Made by a program: the position numbers and the translations under genes. The notes under the pieces are model-generated. The model did not search any database. It had not been told where the DNA came from and saw only the letters and a program-made list of their open reading frames with translations. A stretch of 64,000 nt of DNA, from assembly GCA_051362555.1 (NCBI GenBank), contig CM120640.1, positions 54,910,788 to 54,974,787 on the forward strand, written 5' to 3'. Shown here one piece after another: positions 63,601 through 64,000 of the stretch (positions are counted from its first letter, which is position 1; each line of letters opens with the position of its first letter). The stretch comes from Lingula anatina (lineage: Eukaryota; Animalia; Brachiopoda).

Positions 63601-63641
63601 CCAGAATGCGCAAATTTGGCACCTTTTTAAATAATTCTAAT
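48693..63641 (-). CDS. DGKZ: Diacylglycerol kinase type IV (DGK zeta/iota, rdgA-like), 3' portion; 5' exons lie beyond the window
   Basis: Exons 63467-63641, 63214-63284, 62726-62886, 62354-62409, 62066-62128, 61388-61567, 60970-61169, 58304-58401, 58010-58089, 57685-57751, 57285-57558, 53335-53421 (less certain), 51849-51985, 50742-50779, 50443-50563, 50095-50131, 49724-49823 and 48693-48809. Catalytic [44 protein letters not shown] and MQVDGEPC; ankyrin repeats ([17 protein letters not shown]); PDZ-binding C-terminus EDHETAV*. Confidence 0.93.
58642..60033. mobile_element. Non-autonomous Harbinger/PHIS-type DNA transposon (~1.4 kb) in a DGK intron
   Basis: Perfect 16-bp TIRs GGCCCAGTTGCACCAA / TTGGTGCAACTGGGCC, with CAG on both flanks (58639-58641, 60034-60036). 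Subterminal repeats GTTGCACCAA / ATTGGTGCA. No long ORF inside. Confidence 0.85.
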
Positions 63642-64000
63642 CTGAAAAGGGTGATAACAGCTCTGAATATTTGAAATTTCAATAAAAAAATCATACATGC
63701 TTGTTAATACAATTATAGACCACTTTTATAGTCAGAACAACTACCAGTATGACTCCAGTGCTCATAAAAATTGTGAAAAGTTGATGTCAGAAAAGCAGCG
63801 AAATTTTTGAAGCTCTGCACCGCAGTACTGAGCCTCCATGGGTTATAAGTGGCAACATCAATAAAATTCAATAACTAATTTTAAAAAATTCAAAACAACT
63901 GTCTGCATCATTTGATAAACTGCATCCTGAGTAAATAAGGATAGTATATCTTTAAAAAATGCATTATCATGGAAAAGAATTAAACATCTTATGGTTTCAT

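Overview
AT-rich, intron-containing animal genomic DNA, probably a lophotrochozoan such as a mollusc, judged from the repeat families and the FYVE-bearing Rabaptin. I reconstructed seven spliced genes by hand from GT-AG sites and frame continuity. They are the 3' part of Rabaptin-5/RABEP1 with a C-terminal FYVE domain (+), TBL2 (-), POLD4 (+, head-to-head with TBL2), AIP (-), an unnamed ~542-aa coiled-coil + death domain + CARD protein (+), a membrane-tethered CREB3L1/2-type bZIP factor (+), and the 3' part of a type IV diacylglycerol kinase, DGKZ/DGKI (-). Introns and intergenic DNA hold many non-autonomous DNA transposons: Harbinger-like MITEs with TAA or CAG target-site duplications (TSDs), a CAG...CTG family with 5-bp TSDs, Kolobok-like TTAA elements, two nested Helentron-type insertions and a degenerate ISL2EU-like element. 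The best candidate for something undescribed is the coiled-coil-DD-CARD adaptor, which sits in a transposon-rich patch between conserved housekeeping genes. All gene models and family assignments come from reading the sequence and recalling protein families; no database searches were run.
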